Of a DNA stretch of 64,000 nt, positions 28,427 through 38,484 are shown piece after piece. The first letter of the stretch is position 1. Every line of letters begins with the position of its first letter. The notes below the pieces were generated by a model. It was not told the origin of the DNA. It made no database searches and was given only the letters and a program-made list of their open reading frames with translations. The DNA comes from a virus, in IMG/VR virus record IMGVR_UViG_3300008107_005910, positions 12,771 through 76,770 of that record; one strand, 5' to 3'. The position numbers and the translations under genes are program-made.

Positions 28427-29346
28427 AACATATCCTTGATAATATCATCAAGATTATTAATAGGAAGATATTTAATATGCTGTTTAATTTTTGATAAATC
28501 TGGTATGCGAACGTTAATATCACCGTGATTAGATGAGAAAGCTTCTTCATAAGGAACACGAGTAATTTTACTTGATGAGTTACTCAGTGCTATGACACGC
28601 TCTGCTAGATCATTGATTGTTATAGGACTATCATTACCAATATTAAACAACTCGCCATTAATAGTTGATACTTTGACCAGTGCGTCTACTGCATCATTAA
28701 CGTGACAGAAACAACGTATTTGTTGGCCGCTTCCGTATACAACAAGGTCTTTTCCTTCCTTTGCGGCTTGCACAAATCTTGGCAGTACCATTCCGTAATC
28801 ACCAAGTTGGCCAGGCCCAACTACATTAAAAAATCTAACTATTGTAAATGGACATCCGCTTGCTCTAAGCATGAACTCCATCATTAACTTACTGGTAGCA
28901 TAACCCCAACGAAGTTTACTACTTGGGCCTATGCTGGCATTTGCTTCTTCGTAAAATGGTCCGTCACCATATACTTCACTGGTGCTTGAAAAAACTACAT
29001 GTTTTTTTGCACGTTGAAATAATGGCAACAATTTGTTGTTCAAAGCAACATTGTTAAACAGTGTTTCACTAGGATGTTTATCTATATATTCAACACCAAC
29101 GCTTCCTGCAAGATGGAATATCCTATGATTTTTACTGAATAATTTTAAAAGTTCATTGTCTTCCATTGTGGTAATGTCAGCTTCAATAAAATCAAATAAA
29201 TTTTTATATTCAGAAAAATCATCTACATTAATTTTAGAAGTTTTTAAATTATCAATAATGGTTACACGTTCTTGTCTTGTTTTAAGAAGTCTGTGTGCTA
29301 GGTGCTGGCCTATGAAGCCCGCGCCTCCCAGTAGTAAATTGTTCAT
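28423..29346 (-). CDS. NAD-dependent NDP-sugar epimerase/dehydratase
   Basis: GGAGFIG, SSTSEVYG, YATSK, RFFNVVGP, RCFCHV. Confidence 0.92.
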   Translation of the reverse strand: MNNLLLGGAGFIGQHLAHRLLKTRQERVTIIDNLKTSKINVDDFSEYKNLFDFIEADITTMEDNELLKLFSKNHRIFHLAGSVGVEYIDKHPSETLFNNVALNNKLLPLFQRAKKHVVFSSTSEVYGDGPFYEEANASIGPSSKLRWGYATSKLMMEFMLRASGCPFTIVRFFNVVGPGQLGDYGMVLPRFVQAAKEGKDLVVYGSGQQIRCFCHVNDAVDALVKVSTINGELFNIGNDSPITINDLAERVIALSNSSSKITRVPYEEAFSSNHGDINVRIPDLSKIKQHIKYLPINNLDDIIKDML

Positions 29347-29899
29347 AAATATCACCTAAAGTAATAATTTCCGTGTTAAATTGATCTAATCTAGACATTG
29401 CTTCAACCACATCACTGATGTGAGCAATGTAATGCAACTTGTTTGGTTGAGCAGGTTTGTATGCAGTACCTTTAATACAGCGCATAATAAATGCATCATC
29501 GTGCATACCTTCTCCGTATACAGATGGTAATCTATAATTGATGCAGTCAATATCGCTATGTAAAAGATAAATTTCCATACACCGCTTTGCTACATTATAC
29601 GCTCCTTGGGCAGTATCTGCAATATCAAATACGCCAAAAGTTGAAGCATTAATAAATGTTGCGGAAGGACAAATCATCATGGCTTTACGTGTACTATCTA
29701 AAATAGTATCCATAACGCCTATGGTATTATCAGTAATAGTCTTAGTTGTGCTAGGACATGCTAAGTGATAAATCCTGTCACAATTTACTTGCTCAAAGTT
29801 CTTGGATATTTGAATTACTTCAAAGCCATCTAATTCTAACTGTTTAATAAGGTGCTTACCAATAAATCCTGTTGATCCCGTGATGGCAACTTTTTGCAT
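29282..29899 (-). CDS. short NAD-dependent epimerase/reductase
   Basis: TGSTGFIG, YHLA, YNVAK, RLPSVYG. Confidence 0.85.
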   Translation of the reverse strand: MQKVAITGSTGFIGKHLIKQLELDGFEVIQISKNFEQVNCDRIYHLACPSTTKTITDNTIGVMDTILDSTRKAMMICPSATFINASTFGVFDIADTAQGAYNVAKRCMEIYLLHSDIDCINYRLPSVYGEGMHDDAFIMRCIKGTAYKPAQPNKLHYIAHISDVVEAMSRLDQFNTEIITLGDIYEQFTTGRRGLHRPAPSTQTS

Positions 29900-30702
29900 A
29901 TGATCCTTTCTATATCTTTTAAATTCTGTGCGAAATTTTCTGCGTTCTTGTAAATTTGATCAGCATAGTGCTCTGTTCTACTCTTGTGAACTTCTATTGA
30001 TACTAATAGTGTTTGTAATTCATTTTCATTAAAAAGCTCTAACTTTGTCTCTTTTTCTTTATATGTATCTGATAACATAGACATCATCAAAATTACACTA
30101 ACATTAAAATTTTTATAGTAGAACAAAAATGCTTGGTACCCTGTAAATTTAAAACCTGTATCTGTTTTTTTAATTCGATTACAGTCAAAACAACGAAAAA
30201 TATCCCCATACTCAAATAAAATATCATCAGTTGATGGCATCATATAACTTGGGGTGTAATCAAAAATAATCTTATTATAACTCAGTTGTTCTTCTTTAGT
30301 TAACTGTTGTTTAAAAGGAAGTATATGTGCATTGAGTTCCTTAATTTGTTGATCCATTAATAAACAATCATCATAAGACAATTTCCCTAAATCAGGATAG
30401 TAAGGCATGTTTTCATAAAACCAAAGTTGGTCATCAACTTCAATAATTTTTACAATTGATTTCTCAAAAACATCAATTGGATTTTCCTCTAACCACTTGT
30501 CTAATTTATCTAATACAATATATCTAGCTTGATTGTTTTCAGTTATAGCACAAAAATTTATAAATCTATCTTTTACTTTTATAATGTAATCGTAAAATAA
30601 TGGATCTTCATAGACGTAATAATATTCAACATCAATTGATGGAATATCAACAGCTTTTAACAATTTAAAGAACTTTAACTTTTCCAAGGCGCAGTATCCC
30701 AA
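29836..30702 (-). CDS. hypothetical protein
   Basis: 288-aa ORF in the operon; no recognised motif. Confidence 0.6.
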   Translation of the reverse strand: MGYCALEKLKFFKLLKAVDIPSIDVEYYYVYEDPLFYDYIIKVKDRFINFCAITENNQARYIVLDKLDKWLEENPIDVFEKSIVKIIEVDDQLWFYENMPYYPDLGKLSYDDCLLMDQQIKELNAHILPFKQQLTKEEQLSYNKIIFDYTPSYMMPSTDDILFEYGDIFRCFDCNRIKKTDTGFKFTGYQAFLFYYKNFNVSVILMMSMLSDTYKEKETKLELFNENELQTLLVSIEVHKSRTEHYADQIYKNAENFAQNLKDIERIICKKLPSRDQQDLLVSTLLNS

Positions 30703-31151
30703 CCCAGTCTAATATAACGAACTCCTTTTTGTTGTAGTCCTTCTTTGACTGTTCTAATGAATGTGGATGTATCAATTGGGTCATACAACGGTATCCCCAA
30801 TGCTTCCATTAGTTTGCTGTCGTCATCCAATAAATGCCCTCTCCCGCAGATACTGTAACATCCGTTTGCGCCCGCATTAACAAAAAGTATGCTTCCATAA
30901 TTTTCTGCCCATCCTTTGATGTTAAGTTTAATTTGTTCGTATGCTTTGTATATTACAAATCCAGCAACTCCGTATATAATAACACGTTTACCTTGACTGG
31001 CAAGACCTGCGGCAATATTGACCATGTTAGGCTCTTGAACACCACAATTAATAATGTTATAATTGCTGTCAGTCCACTTCCACATGTCGCAATGAAGAAA
31101 ATATACTTCTCCTGGATAGCGATTTAAAAATTTATGTAAGGTTTCTCTCAT
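30675..31151 (-). CDS. transketolase pyrimidine-binding half (short)
   Basis: NCGVQEPNMVNIAAGLA, KAYEQIK, GRGH, YIRLG. Confidence 0.85.
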   Translation of the reverse strand: MRETLHKFLNRYPGEVYFLHCDMWKWTDSNYNIINCGVQEPNMVNIAAGLASQGKRVIIYGVAGFVIYKAYEQIKLNIKGWAENYGSILFVNAGANGCYSICGRGHLLDDDSKLMEALGIPLYDPIDTSTFIRTVKEGLQQKGVRYIRLGWDTAPWKS

Positions 31152-32409
31152 CTTCTAACCATTTGTAAAATTCTTTTCCTCGCTGGATATCAATTAACTC
31201 TTGTGGATTGACTGCATCCTTGGGTCTAGTAACGTCACTTCTAAATCCTGATAATACATAGTCCCAAGCTTCAGCTGGGAAAATATCTATCTCTTTCCAA
31301 TCCTCTACTGGCGCATTTTTATACAAGTCCCAATACTCGTTTGATCTCTTTGAATATTTGTAGTGAGCAATAATAAAATTCATAACACCATCAAACTCAT
31401 CATTGGTTTGTTGATTATATTCTTGTTCAGTTAAGTTGCCATCAATGTAACTTGTTATTCTTTTTAATGCAGAAGTTGTCAAATATAATCCAGTTGATTC
31501 AATTGGTTCAATAAATGCTGAGCATAATCCAATTGCTACAACATTATCTTTCATGTGTACTTTGTTGCGCCCAGTACGCATACGAACAGTACCAATTTTG
31601 TTTCTATCAACTATTAAATGAAACTTATGTTGTATGTACTCAATAAACTCGTCCATGACATCAAACTTGTCACAATGCACGTAACCAACTGCCAGCTGAT
31701 CGCCTAGTGGAATATTCCAAATCCATCCGCTATTTGCGGCTTTGAATATCGAATATGGTACACATTGATTCTGTTTGTCAGTATAAGGATGTCTAAAAAC
31801 CAACGCTTTATTATTAGGAACTTTGTCTGATATCTCAACAAAGTTGTCGTCCCAATTAGTCAACAGCTTTTTAAATCCTGTTGAGTCAATAACTAAATCA
31901 AAGCCTGTGACATCATCAACTGTTGCATCTTTACGTATGATGGTTAAATTTTTAAATTGTCCAACAAGTGTGTCCATGTACTTTAATATATCAGATGCTC
32001 TAAAGTGTACGGAGATATCTTTATATTCATAAATGTTATCTGGAACTTTATTAATGGACATCATTCTATCAAGGCTACTGCTATTGTATTTGTCAGTTTG
32101 TCCAATACCAAATGGGAAAGTAAACTTTTCACCTTCTTGATTAAAACCGTCAAATACAATACCTAACTTCAAAGTACCGTTGCAATGCTTAATGATATCT
32201 GCATGACTTATTCCTAAGTCATTTAAAAAATGCGACACATCAGGTATCAGTGCTTCGCCAACTCCAATTGGACTATTCTCTTCTGGATATGTCCAAACGA
32301 TCTCCTTATCTGGATATTGTTTGGCTAGATAAAAAGCGGTTAGATATCCTGAAGTTCCTGCACCAACGATTGCAATTCTTCTAATGTTTCTATTTTCCTG
32401 TAGTGCCAT
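31132..32409 (-). CDS. flavin-dependent tryptophan-halogenase family protein
   Basis: GAGTSG, IGVGEA, TLKLGI (catalytic Lys), GWIWNIP, FIEPIESTG. Confidence 0.88.
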   Translation of the reverse strand: MALQENRNIRRIAIVGAGTSGYLTAFYLAKQYPDKEIVWTYPEENSPIGVGEALIPDVSHFLNDLGISHADIIKHCNGTLKLGIVFDGFNQEGEKFTFPFGIGQTDKYNSSSLDRMMSINKVPDNIYEYKDISVHFRASDILKYMDTLVGQFKNLTIIRKDATVDDVTGFDLVIDSTGFKKLLTNWDDNFVEISDKVPNNKALVFRHPYTDKQNQCVPYSIFKAANSGWIWNIPLGDQLAVGYVHCDKFDVMDEFIEYIQHKFHLIVDRNKIGTVRMRTGRNKVHMKDNVVAIGLCSAFIEPIESTGLYLTTSALKRITSYIDGNLTEQEYNQQTNDEFDGVMNFIIAHYKYSKRSNEYWDLYKNAPVEDWKEIDIFPAEAWDYVLSGFRSDVTRPKDAVNPQELIDIQRGKEFYKWLEDERNLT

Positions 32410-33056
32410 TTTTTGTTATTCTCTTCCATTTGCTTTACACCCTTACCTTTTACTGTCTTACAAAAAACAATATTAGGAAGTGCATCAGTTTTGTTTACAA
32501 ATACTTTTTCTAACTCGTCTCTATTGTGTCCGTCAACTATTTGCGTCCACCAACCATAATGTCTACACAAGTTAATAACAGGTTCAATTTTTAATATAGT
32601 ATCTATATTACCAGTTACTTGTGAATTATTGTAATCAACAGTTACAAATACATTTTTAATTTGATTGTGTCCAATGAATTGTAATGCTTCTAATGTATTT
32701 CCCATTTGCAAACAAGCATCACTTAGATTTACCCAAACTTGTTTACTAGTGGACATTGCAATACCAATTGCTACTCCAAGAGCATTGCCCATTGTTTCTT
32801 CGCCGTAGTCCACAAACGAAACTTCATCGTGTTTAACTCCAACACTGAGTTGCTCAATATTTGTTACATACTGTAAGTCTTGCCAAACAAGATAGTATGC
32901 TTGTGCTCCAAAGGGTTTACCAATTACAATGTAATCGTCAATACTAACAATACCTTTTGAAAATAGTATGTCAACATAGTCAAGCATACTTAATGCACTT
33001 GCTATGTGGCTTAGTTTATTTTCAAATGAGTATTCTAGTAAACGTTTTCGATTCAT
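32340..33056 (-). CDS. transketolase N-terminal ThDP-binding half
   Basis: SHIASALS, MGNALGVAIG, SDACLQMGN...DYNN, VDGHN, TVKGKGV, WHY. Confidence 0.85.
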   Translation of the reverse strand: MNRKRLLEYSFENKLSHIASALSMLDYVDILFSKGIVSIDDYIVIGKPFGAQAYYLVWQDLQYVTNIEQLSVGVKHDEVSFVDYGEETMGNALGVAIGIAMSTSKQVWVNLSDACLQMGNTLEALQFIGHNQIKNVFVTVDYNNSQVTGNIDTILKIEPVINLCRHYGWWTQIVDGHNRDELEKVFVNKTDALPNIVFCKTVKGKGVKQMEENNKKWHYRKIETLEELQSLVQELQDI

Positions 33057-34081
33057 TTAAACGGCTTCCTTGGCAAATAAAAATCACCGCCGCAGTAATC
33101 CCAACGACATTTAGTTCCAGAATTAAACAGTACATTCATTTTGGTAACAGCCAATCTATCATTCACTAAATTAGTATATGGTGTTTCAGGTATACATTCT
33201 CTTAGATAATTGGTCATGTGTATGCCGCAGTTAAAAACATTACCATCACCATTAATGGTAATGCTACGTGTTCCAGCGGCACAGTGCCAACCTCTATTAT
33301 CAACACCTTTTTTAAATAAATCATTAGTGTTGTACATTACACCGTCAATACAATAAAGTTGTTCAGTCTTATTGTATTTGTTGTAAAATTCAATATGACG
33401 TTTTGATGTTTCTTCATTATATGCGTAATGACAAAACCCATAAATCATTTCACTATTAATAATCTTATCATAGGTTAAACACTCTTTAACGTAATCATAA
33501 AATTCGTCAATATGCTCTTCTGGAATATTTTCTAACATAACATCAAAGTTATGTATGGCAACGCCTAACTCTTTAATTCTATTAAAATTTTGTTTGAATG
33601 AGGACAGTTTGTTAGTTCGATCTTTTAATTCTAAATAGTGTAGAGATACATTGAACTGTTCACATAGTGGTAGCAACTCTTCTAACAGCTCTGTTTTAAA
33701 TGTTAGATTAGTTTGCATTTCATTATATGCTGTTATACCTGTCTCAGAACTCTTTTTCTTCACATATTTTAATATATCAATTACTTTGGGATGTCTAGTT
33801 GCCTCACCGCCGTGATAGTAAAACATCACACTATTAAATTTGTTCTTTTGAAAAAATTCAAAAAGTTTGTCAATACTAGTAATAATGTCTTCGTACTTGT
33901 AATGTCGTCCTGAATGCCAATGGCAATAATTACAATGCAAGTCGCAAGCTTCTGTAATTCTAAATGTTACATTGTACTCAGCATTGTACCCACCATGGTC
34001 ATTTACCTGTACTATTTTATATGATTCTATTGGCTTTATCTCGCCAACTTTCATTTCTTCTTTAGTTGTTATTTTTGTCAT
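33053..34081 (-). CDS. radical SAM protein with Twitch/SPASM-like C-terminus
   Basis: CDLHCNYC, HGGEAT; CAAG...CG...CRWDYC. Confidence 0.88.
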   Translation of the reverse strand: MTKITTKEEMKVGEIKPIESYKIVQVNDHGGYNAEYNVTFRITEACDLHCNYCHWHSGRHYKYEDIITSIDKLFEFFQKNKFNSVMFYYHGGEATRHPKVIDILKYVKKKSSETGITAYNEMQTNLTFKTELLEELLPLCEQFNVSLHYLELKDRTNKLSSFKQNFNRIKELGVAIHNFDVMLENIPEEHIDEFYDYVKECLTYDKIINSEMIYGFCHYAYNEETSKRHIEFYNKYNKTEQLYCIDGVMYNTNDLFKKGVDNRGWHCAAGTRSITINGDGNVFNCGIHMTNYLRECIPETPYTNLVNDRLAVTKMNVLFNSGTKCRWDYCGGDFYLPRKPFK

Positions 34082-34668
34082 TATATGACCATCCTAGTAC
34101 CAGTTACATCTAACTCAATGTAGCTTAAACCTTTTATGGTTGGTACATTTATAATTTGTTTTGCGGCAATTAATGGATCTACTGCTTGATCAATATGACT
34201 TAGGTTACCTGTAAGTTTTGTTCTAACAAACCCAGGATGAACCAATTGCCAATTAATGTGTTCAAATTGTTTTGACAGTTCCATCACTCCCATGTTTAAT
34301 GCCGCCTTGCTCATTCGATAATATATAGAAGCAGTATCAGCTGAGATTACATTGCCTTTAGTCAATGCACCAAGTATACTTGTTAATACAACAATCTTGT
34401 CGTTAACATGCGGAGCAATATACTGTAAAAACTCAATGCTTCGCGTTGCATTAACTTCCATTGTTTCATCTGCTTCAGTTGATATACCAATACAATAATA
34501 TACTTTTGAAAACTTGTTTTGGAATACGGGCCAACTACTCTTATCTTTAATATCTAACTGTATAAATTTAGAATCAGTCCTTCTACTCGTACCAAGTGCA
34601 TCAGGCAATAATTCATGTATTGCTTTGCCAATGCCGCTGTCAACACCAATAACAATATCCTTAATCAT
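34081..34668 (-). CDS. short-chain dehydrogenase/reductase
   Basis: GVDSGIG, YRMSKAALN, HPGFVRT. Confidence 0.88.
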   Translation of the reverse strand: MIKDIVIGVDSGIGKAIHELLPDALGTSRRTDSKFIQLDIKDKSSWPVFQNKFSKVYYCIGISTEADETMEVNATRSIEFLQYIAPHVNDKIVVLTSILGALTKGNVISADTASIYYRMSKAALNMGVMELSKQFEHINWQLVHPGFVRTKLTGNLSHIDQAVDPLIAAKQIINVPTIKGLSYIELDVTGTRMVI

Positions 34669-35299
34669 TTTTCTTCTGCAATTTCATAAGTACATCCATA
34701 CCTCGATAGCTTACATCAAAAGCCAATGACAAACGAGGGACTTCTGTTTTATTTGGACGAACACCATGTTTGAGCCAACTAGGGAATAGTATCAATTCTC
34801 CTGTTCGTGTTGATATCTCTTGGCAATTTTGTGATAACTTATGTTCATCGTCTTGTGGCAAAGTAGATGCTAATGCTTCGTTAGGATCTTGAAAGTATAT
34901 GTTTCCTTGCTCATCGGATTCTTTATACACATAAAAACAACCTGATATAAAATAAGGGCTATGGTTGTGCATAATTGCATGACCACCATTATTATATTTG
35001 TTTGCCCAAGAGTAGTGTATGCCAGGACTTTGTACCAATCCCAATTCTTTCCAATATACTTCAATGTGTTGATTAATAAAATCCCAAACGTCAGATAATA
35101 TTTTTTCTTTGTGCAAGAACAACATTCCATTGGTACTTGTGCTTATTTCCTTACCTGTGCCTGAAAGCTCTGCGTAGGTAGCCGTATCTTTATCAAACTG
35201 ATGAAAGAATGGTTCAAGCCTGCGCATAAAATCCACATGATCATAATCAGGCATTGTTGCTCTATATATTCGTGTAGGAAATAAATTCACTATGGACAT
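34661..35299 (-). CDS. 2OG-Fe(II) oxygenase (TIGR02466-like)
   Basis: WAN, HNH, SGCFYV, LILFPSWLKHGV, RLSLAF. Confidence 0.85.
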   Translation of the reverse strand: MSIVNLFPTRIYRATMPDYDHVDFMRRLEPFFHQFDKDTATYAELSGTGKEISTSTNGMLFLHKEKILSDVWDFINQHIEVYWKELGLVQSPGIHYSWANKYNNGGHAIMHNHSPYFISGCFYVYKESDEQGNIYFQDPNEALASTLPQDDEHKLSQNCQEISTRTGELILFPSWLKHGVRPNKTEVPRLSLAFDVSYRGMDVLMKLQKKND

Positions 35300-35305
35300 G
35301 ATACA

Positions 35306-36262
35306 TTATAACACATTTGGGTTATAAAACACAAGAAATTGTGGAACAAACCAAACTTGCTTGGCAAACTTATGGAACATCCAGAATCCCTCAAATGTGC
35401 CTTCTGGATAATCTGATGGAACAAACAGTATCCTAGATTTCAATGTTTGTAGAGTTGGCCTTAATTTATTAAAAGTTCCTCGAATATGTATTTCATCTAG
35501 TTTGGAGATTTTACCACTATAGAACTTATCCTTAGAATCTGTTTCAGCTTCGTTGAACTCTGCACCCTTGTACACATGATACAAATCGTCTTGTTTGCCT
35601 AACCATATGCCAACCTCAACCAATTGGTCAAACAACTCTCTAACCTGTTCTACTGTAGTAAACTTATAGTCGTCATTATAAACAAAATTTTGATGGTAAT
35701 CTAATAAGTTATTAGCATTATCAAACTCCATATCAGACTGCGCTTTTAACTTATCAAACTCGCCATCACGTTGCTTTTCAACCCAATCATTCCAAATAAA
35801 GAACATAAAGCCGTCAGACTTATGTCCGTTATAAATGCTCCATTTCATTCTATGAAATATAGTTTTACAAAAACAATTTAATTGATAGGTAAACTCTACT
35901 ACATCAATGTATCCATTGCCATCCTTGTGTAGCATTGTTTCCATAACAATACCATCATAAAAAGGAATATTCCATTCCTGTAAATGTTTAAAACTTTCTC
36001 TGTCGTAAGGATTATCAGTTACAGGCGGATTGCCAAAGTCTTGACGTTTGCCTTCTTCAGCTAATGTTCTGTCAATTACTTTGTTTACTTCTGCTATCTT
36101 CTTAGGGTTAGCAACATATACTCTAGGTCTTATTTGATACCCTGGATACTTTGCAGATAGTGTTTCAGACCTATTGCTTCTTCTTTCAACTAAGAAATCA
36201 ATAATGCTTCCAAACTCTCCGCCTCTTAGATATTCATCACTATCTACATCATATACTTTCAT
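35306..36262 (-). CDS. hypothetical protein
   Basis: 318-aa ORF; no recognised motif. Confidence 0.7.
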   Translation of the reverse strand: MKVYDVDSDEYLRGGEFGSIIDFLVERRSNRSETLSAKYPGYQIRPRVYVANPKKIAEVNKVIDRTLAEEGKRQDFGNPPVTDNPYDRESFKHLQEWNIPFYDGIVMETMLHKDGNGYIDVVEFTYQLNCFCKTIFHRMKWSIYNGHKSDGFMFFIWNDWVEKQRDGEFDKLKAQSDMEFDNANNLLDYHQNFVYNDDYKFTTVEQVRELFDQLVEVGIWLGKQDDLYHVYKGAEFNEAETDSKDKFYSGKISKLDEIHIRGTFNKLRPTLQTLKSRILFVPSDYPEGTFEGFWMFHKFAKQVWFVPQFLVFYNPNVL

Positions 36263-36938
36263 TTAATATCTCCTGTAAGGACAAAGGCTGATAGCCTAAC
36301 TCCTTAAATACATTTCCTGGTAGCCTTGGATCATTGTGGCAGTTAATAAAACTTGTATTTAGACTACTAAAAATATTGTTAAATTGATCTACCATTTCTG
36401 CTGTAATACTACTGCGTTTAAGGACTACAGATTCATAGCGTGTAATCAAATTATTGTAGTTGTTATGTACAGTTGGACAATTAAATTTTTGCCCCATAAA
36501 TTCAAACTTGCCATTTTTGATTATGTCCTCAAACTTTAAAGTCGTTACATAATCTAATTTAGACAACGTAATACTATCAATAACTGATGAAGTTGTTACT
36601 GGTGTTACATAATCTAATCCAACTGGTAACTCGTCATCTTCAAACAAATCATCAATCCCAGTCAAATAAGACACTGTTGGGTGTCTAATTATATTCAATA
36701 TTTGAACATCATAATCTTTACGTAGTTGATCTAAGAACACGCGACTAAATGTTCCACCAATTGCTTGACATTGTTCTAAAGTATCATAGTCTTGTTTATA
36801 CTCAACTTCCGTTAACATTCCTAAGTCAACTCTAGGCAAAGAAAAGTTATTATAGCAATGCAAGTAAGACGCAACTGGACTAATTTCTTTTGCAAAGAAC
36901 TTGTGTTTGATCCCAGGAAGACCACTCACTACAATCAC
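36249..36938 (-). CDS. degenerate P-loop/sulfotransferase-fold-like protein (paralogue of 42026-43027)
   Basis: IVVSGLPG, GTFSRVF, NIIRHP, LKFEDI, ELGYQP. Confidence 0.55.
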   Translation of the reverse strand: MIVVSGLPGIKHKFFAKEISPVASYLHCYNNFSLPRVDLGMLTEVEYKQDYDTLEQCQAIGGTFSRVFLDQLRKDYDVQILNIIRHPTVSYLTGIDDLFEDDELPVGLDYVTPVTTSSVIDSITLSKLDYVTTLKFEDIIKNGKFEFMGQKFNCPTVHNNYNNLITRYESVVLKRSSITAEMVDQFNNIFSSLNTSFINCHNDPRLPGNVFKELGYQPLSLQEILNESI

Positions 36939-37750
36939 TCTAAACTCCTTTGTACAAATTTCATTAGCTCACCATAATACTCATCGTCTTTCATTTCTCT
37001 ACCAGTAATTTTAAAACTACGAACTCCCATCTCTTTTAGTCTACGCATTGCTGGTGGCTCTATATCCATTTCTTCATACTTGCTGTCCTTATCTGGATTA
37101 AACTTAGGCAACCAACATTCTTCTACTTCACGACTGTATGGACGTCTTGCTGTGTTCTCATCAGCAATGGCTTTGAAGTGTTCATCAAAATATTTACAGC
37201 CCCAGACGCAGGTGTCGTTCAACATTACTTCCCATTTGGTTTTATCAAGCTCATTGGATCTAGGATCAAAGATATGTTCAAAACGTGGGACTATCCAGTC
37301 GTACTTAGTTTCTAGTTCCTTGTACCAGGAAATGTCTGAATCCTGTAATGGAATGTTTAGTCTGCCCATTCCAGTTATACTGTATATTAAATCATACTTG
37401 GGAAAATTATCACGCACATATTGACGTAGACTGTCATTAACAATAATAAGGGCATTGCCTTCCCTGTGAAACTTTTCTAGTAATTCATTACCTAATGGAT
37501 CAGTTAAATCAATATTATGATTACTAAAAGTTAGAGCTATGCTTACACCTTTACTGTAGTAATAATTGATAAGAGCATCACTATAATAAACATCTCTATT
37601 GATTCTTCCGCCGTTCCAATCACATTTGTTAATACCATCGTAGACAACTAACTCGTTAGTATCAACTAAGTTGTGACTTAGGAACTTAACAAGTGGAATT
37701 GATTTACTGAATGCGCCTGCTAATAGATATCTCATTACATTAAAAAGCAT
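36935..37750 (-). CDS. peptidase U32-like (Fe-S) protein
   Basis: WNGGR, LNDTCVWGC...H...C, FKITGRE. Confidence 0.7.
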   Translation of the reverse strand: MLFNVMRYLLAGAFSKSIPLVKFLSHNLVDTNELVVYDGINKCDWNGGRINRDVYYSDALINYYYSKGVSIALTFSNHNIDLTDPLGNELLEKFHREGNALIIVNDSLRQYVRDNFPKYDLIYSITGMGRLNIPLQDSDISWYKELETKYDWIVPRFEHIFDPRSNELDKTKWEVMLNDTCVWGCKYFDEHFKAIADENTARRPYSREVEECWLPKFNPDKDSKYEEMDIEPPAMRRLKEMGVRSFKITGREMKDDEYYGELMKFVQRSLE

Positions 37751-38484
37751 TTGTCTTTAGGACAAATACCATCCGTTTTAATTCTGTAGCAACAATTATA
37801 TAGTTGCAAGTTTGGTCCATACAAAAAGTATTTGTCTTTGTATAAACAAGTTTTGCCTTTAGTTGTGAAGTTAGGATTAGCCCACAACTCTGAGCGTGAC
37901 TCACCTAAACGTTTCTCGTCTTCAAATTGTATTATGTTTTTAAGTTTACTATCGTTTTTGAGTTGATTGAACTTGTCTAATATTGTATTGCTCACTCCAT
38001 CACCAAAATCTGTAATGGGAGTCAAATACACTTCTGAAGTTTGTGCAAGCTCTTTAACTTTGAAGTAATAGATTAAAGCATTCTCTTGGCTGTACATGAT
38101 ATCGTATCTACGTACATTATGCTGTGACTGCATTACTTCGTACAGTTCTTCAATGGACATTTCACTAGGATGTATACTTGCCTGCATTGTGAATGGCTGT
38201 TGAATTCCTTTAATTACTTTAACACTATACGGACTTAGATTAGTTTGTATTACGAATGGAACGTTCAACTCGTTAAAGCATTGTATAATATATTCAATGT
38301 CAGGATGCACAAACGGCTCTCCACCAAATACAAACACTTCCACGTTAGGATATGTTTCCCCTAACATCTTAACAAAGTTACGTATAGTTTCTCTATCTAA
38401 GTTGGGATAGATGCTTTTGTCCAAGTTGGTACAATAAAAACAACCGTAGTTGCATTTCATTGTAATTTCCCATTCAACTTGCAT
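37735..38484 (-). CDS. radical SAM protein
   Basis: CNYGCFYC, FGGEPF, QTN; C-terminal C...CC...CPKDKC. Confidence 0.88.
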   Translation of the reverse strand: MQVEWEITMKCNYGCFYCTNLDKSIYPNLDRETIRNFVKMLGETYPNVEVFVFGGEPFVHPDIEYIIQCFNELNVPFVIQTNLSPYSVKVIKGIQQPFTMQASIHPSEMSIEELYEVMQSQHNVRRYDIMYSQENALIYYFKVKELAQTSEVYLTPITDFGDGVSNTILDKFNQLKNDSKLKNIIQFEDEKRLGESRSELWANPNFTTKGKTCLYKDKYFLYGPNLQLYNCCYRIKTDGICPKDKCFLM

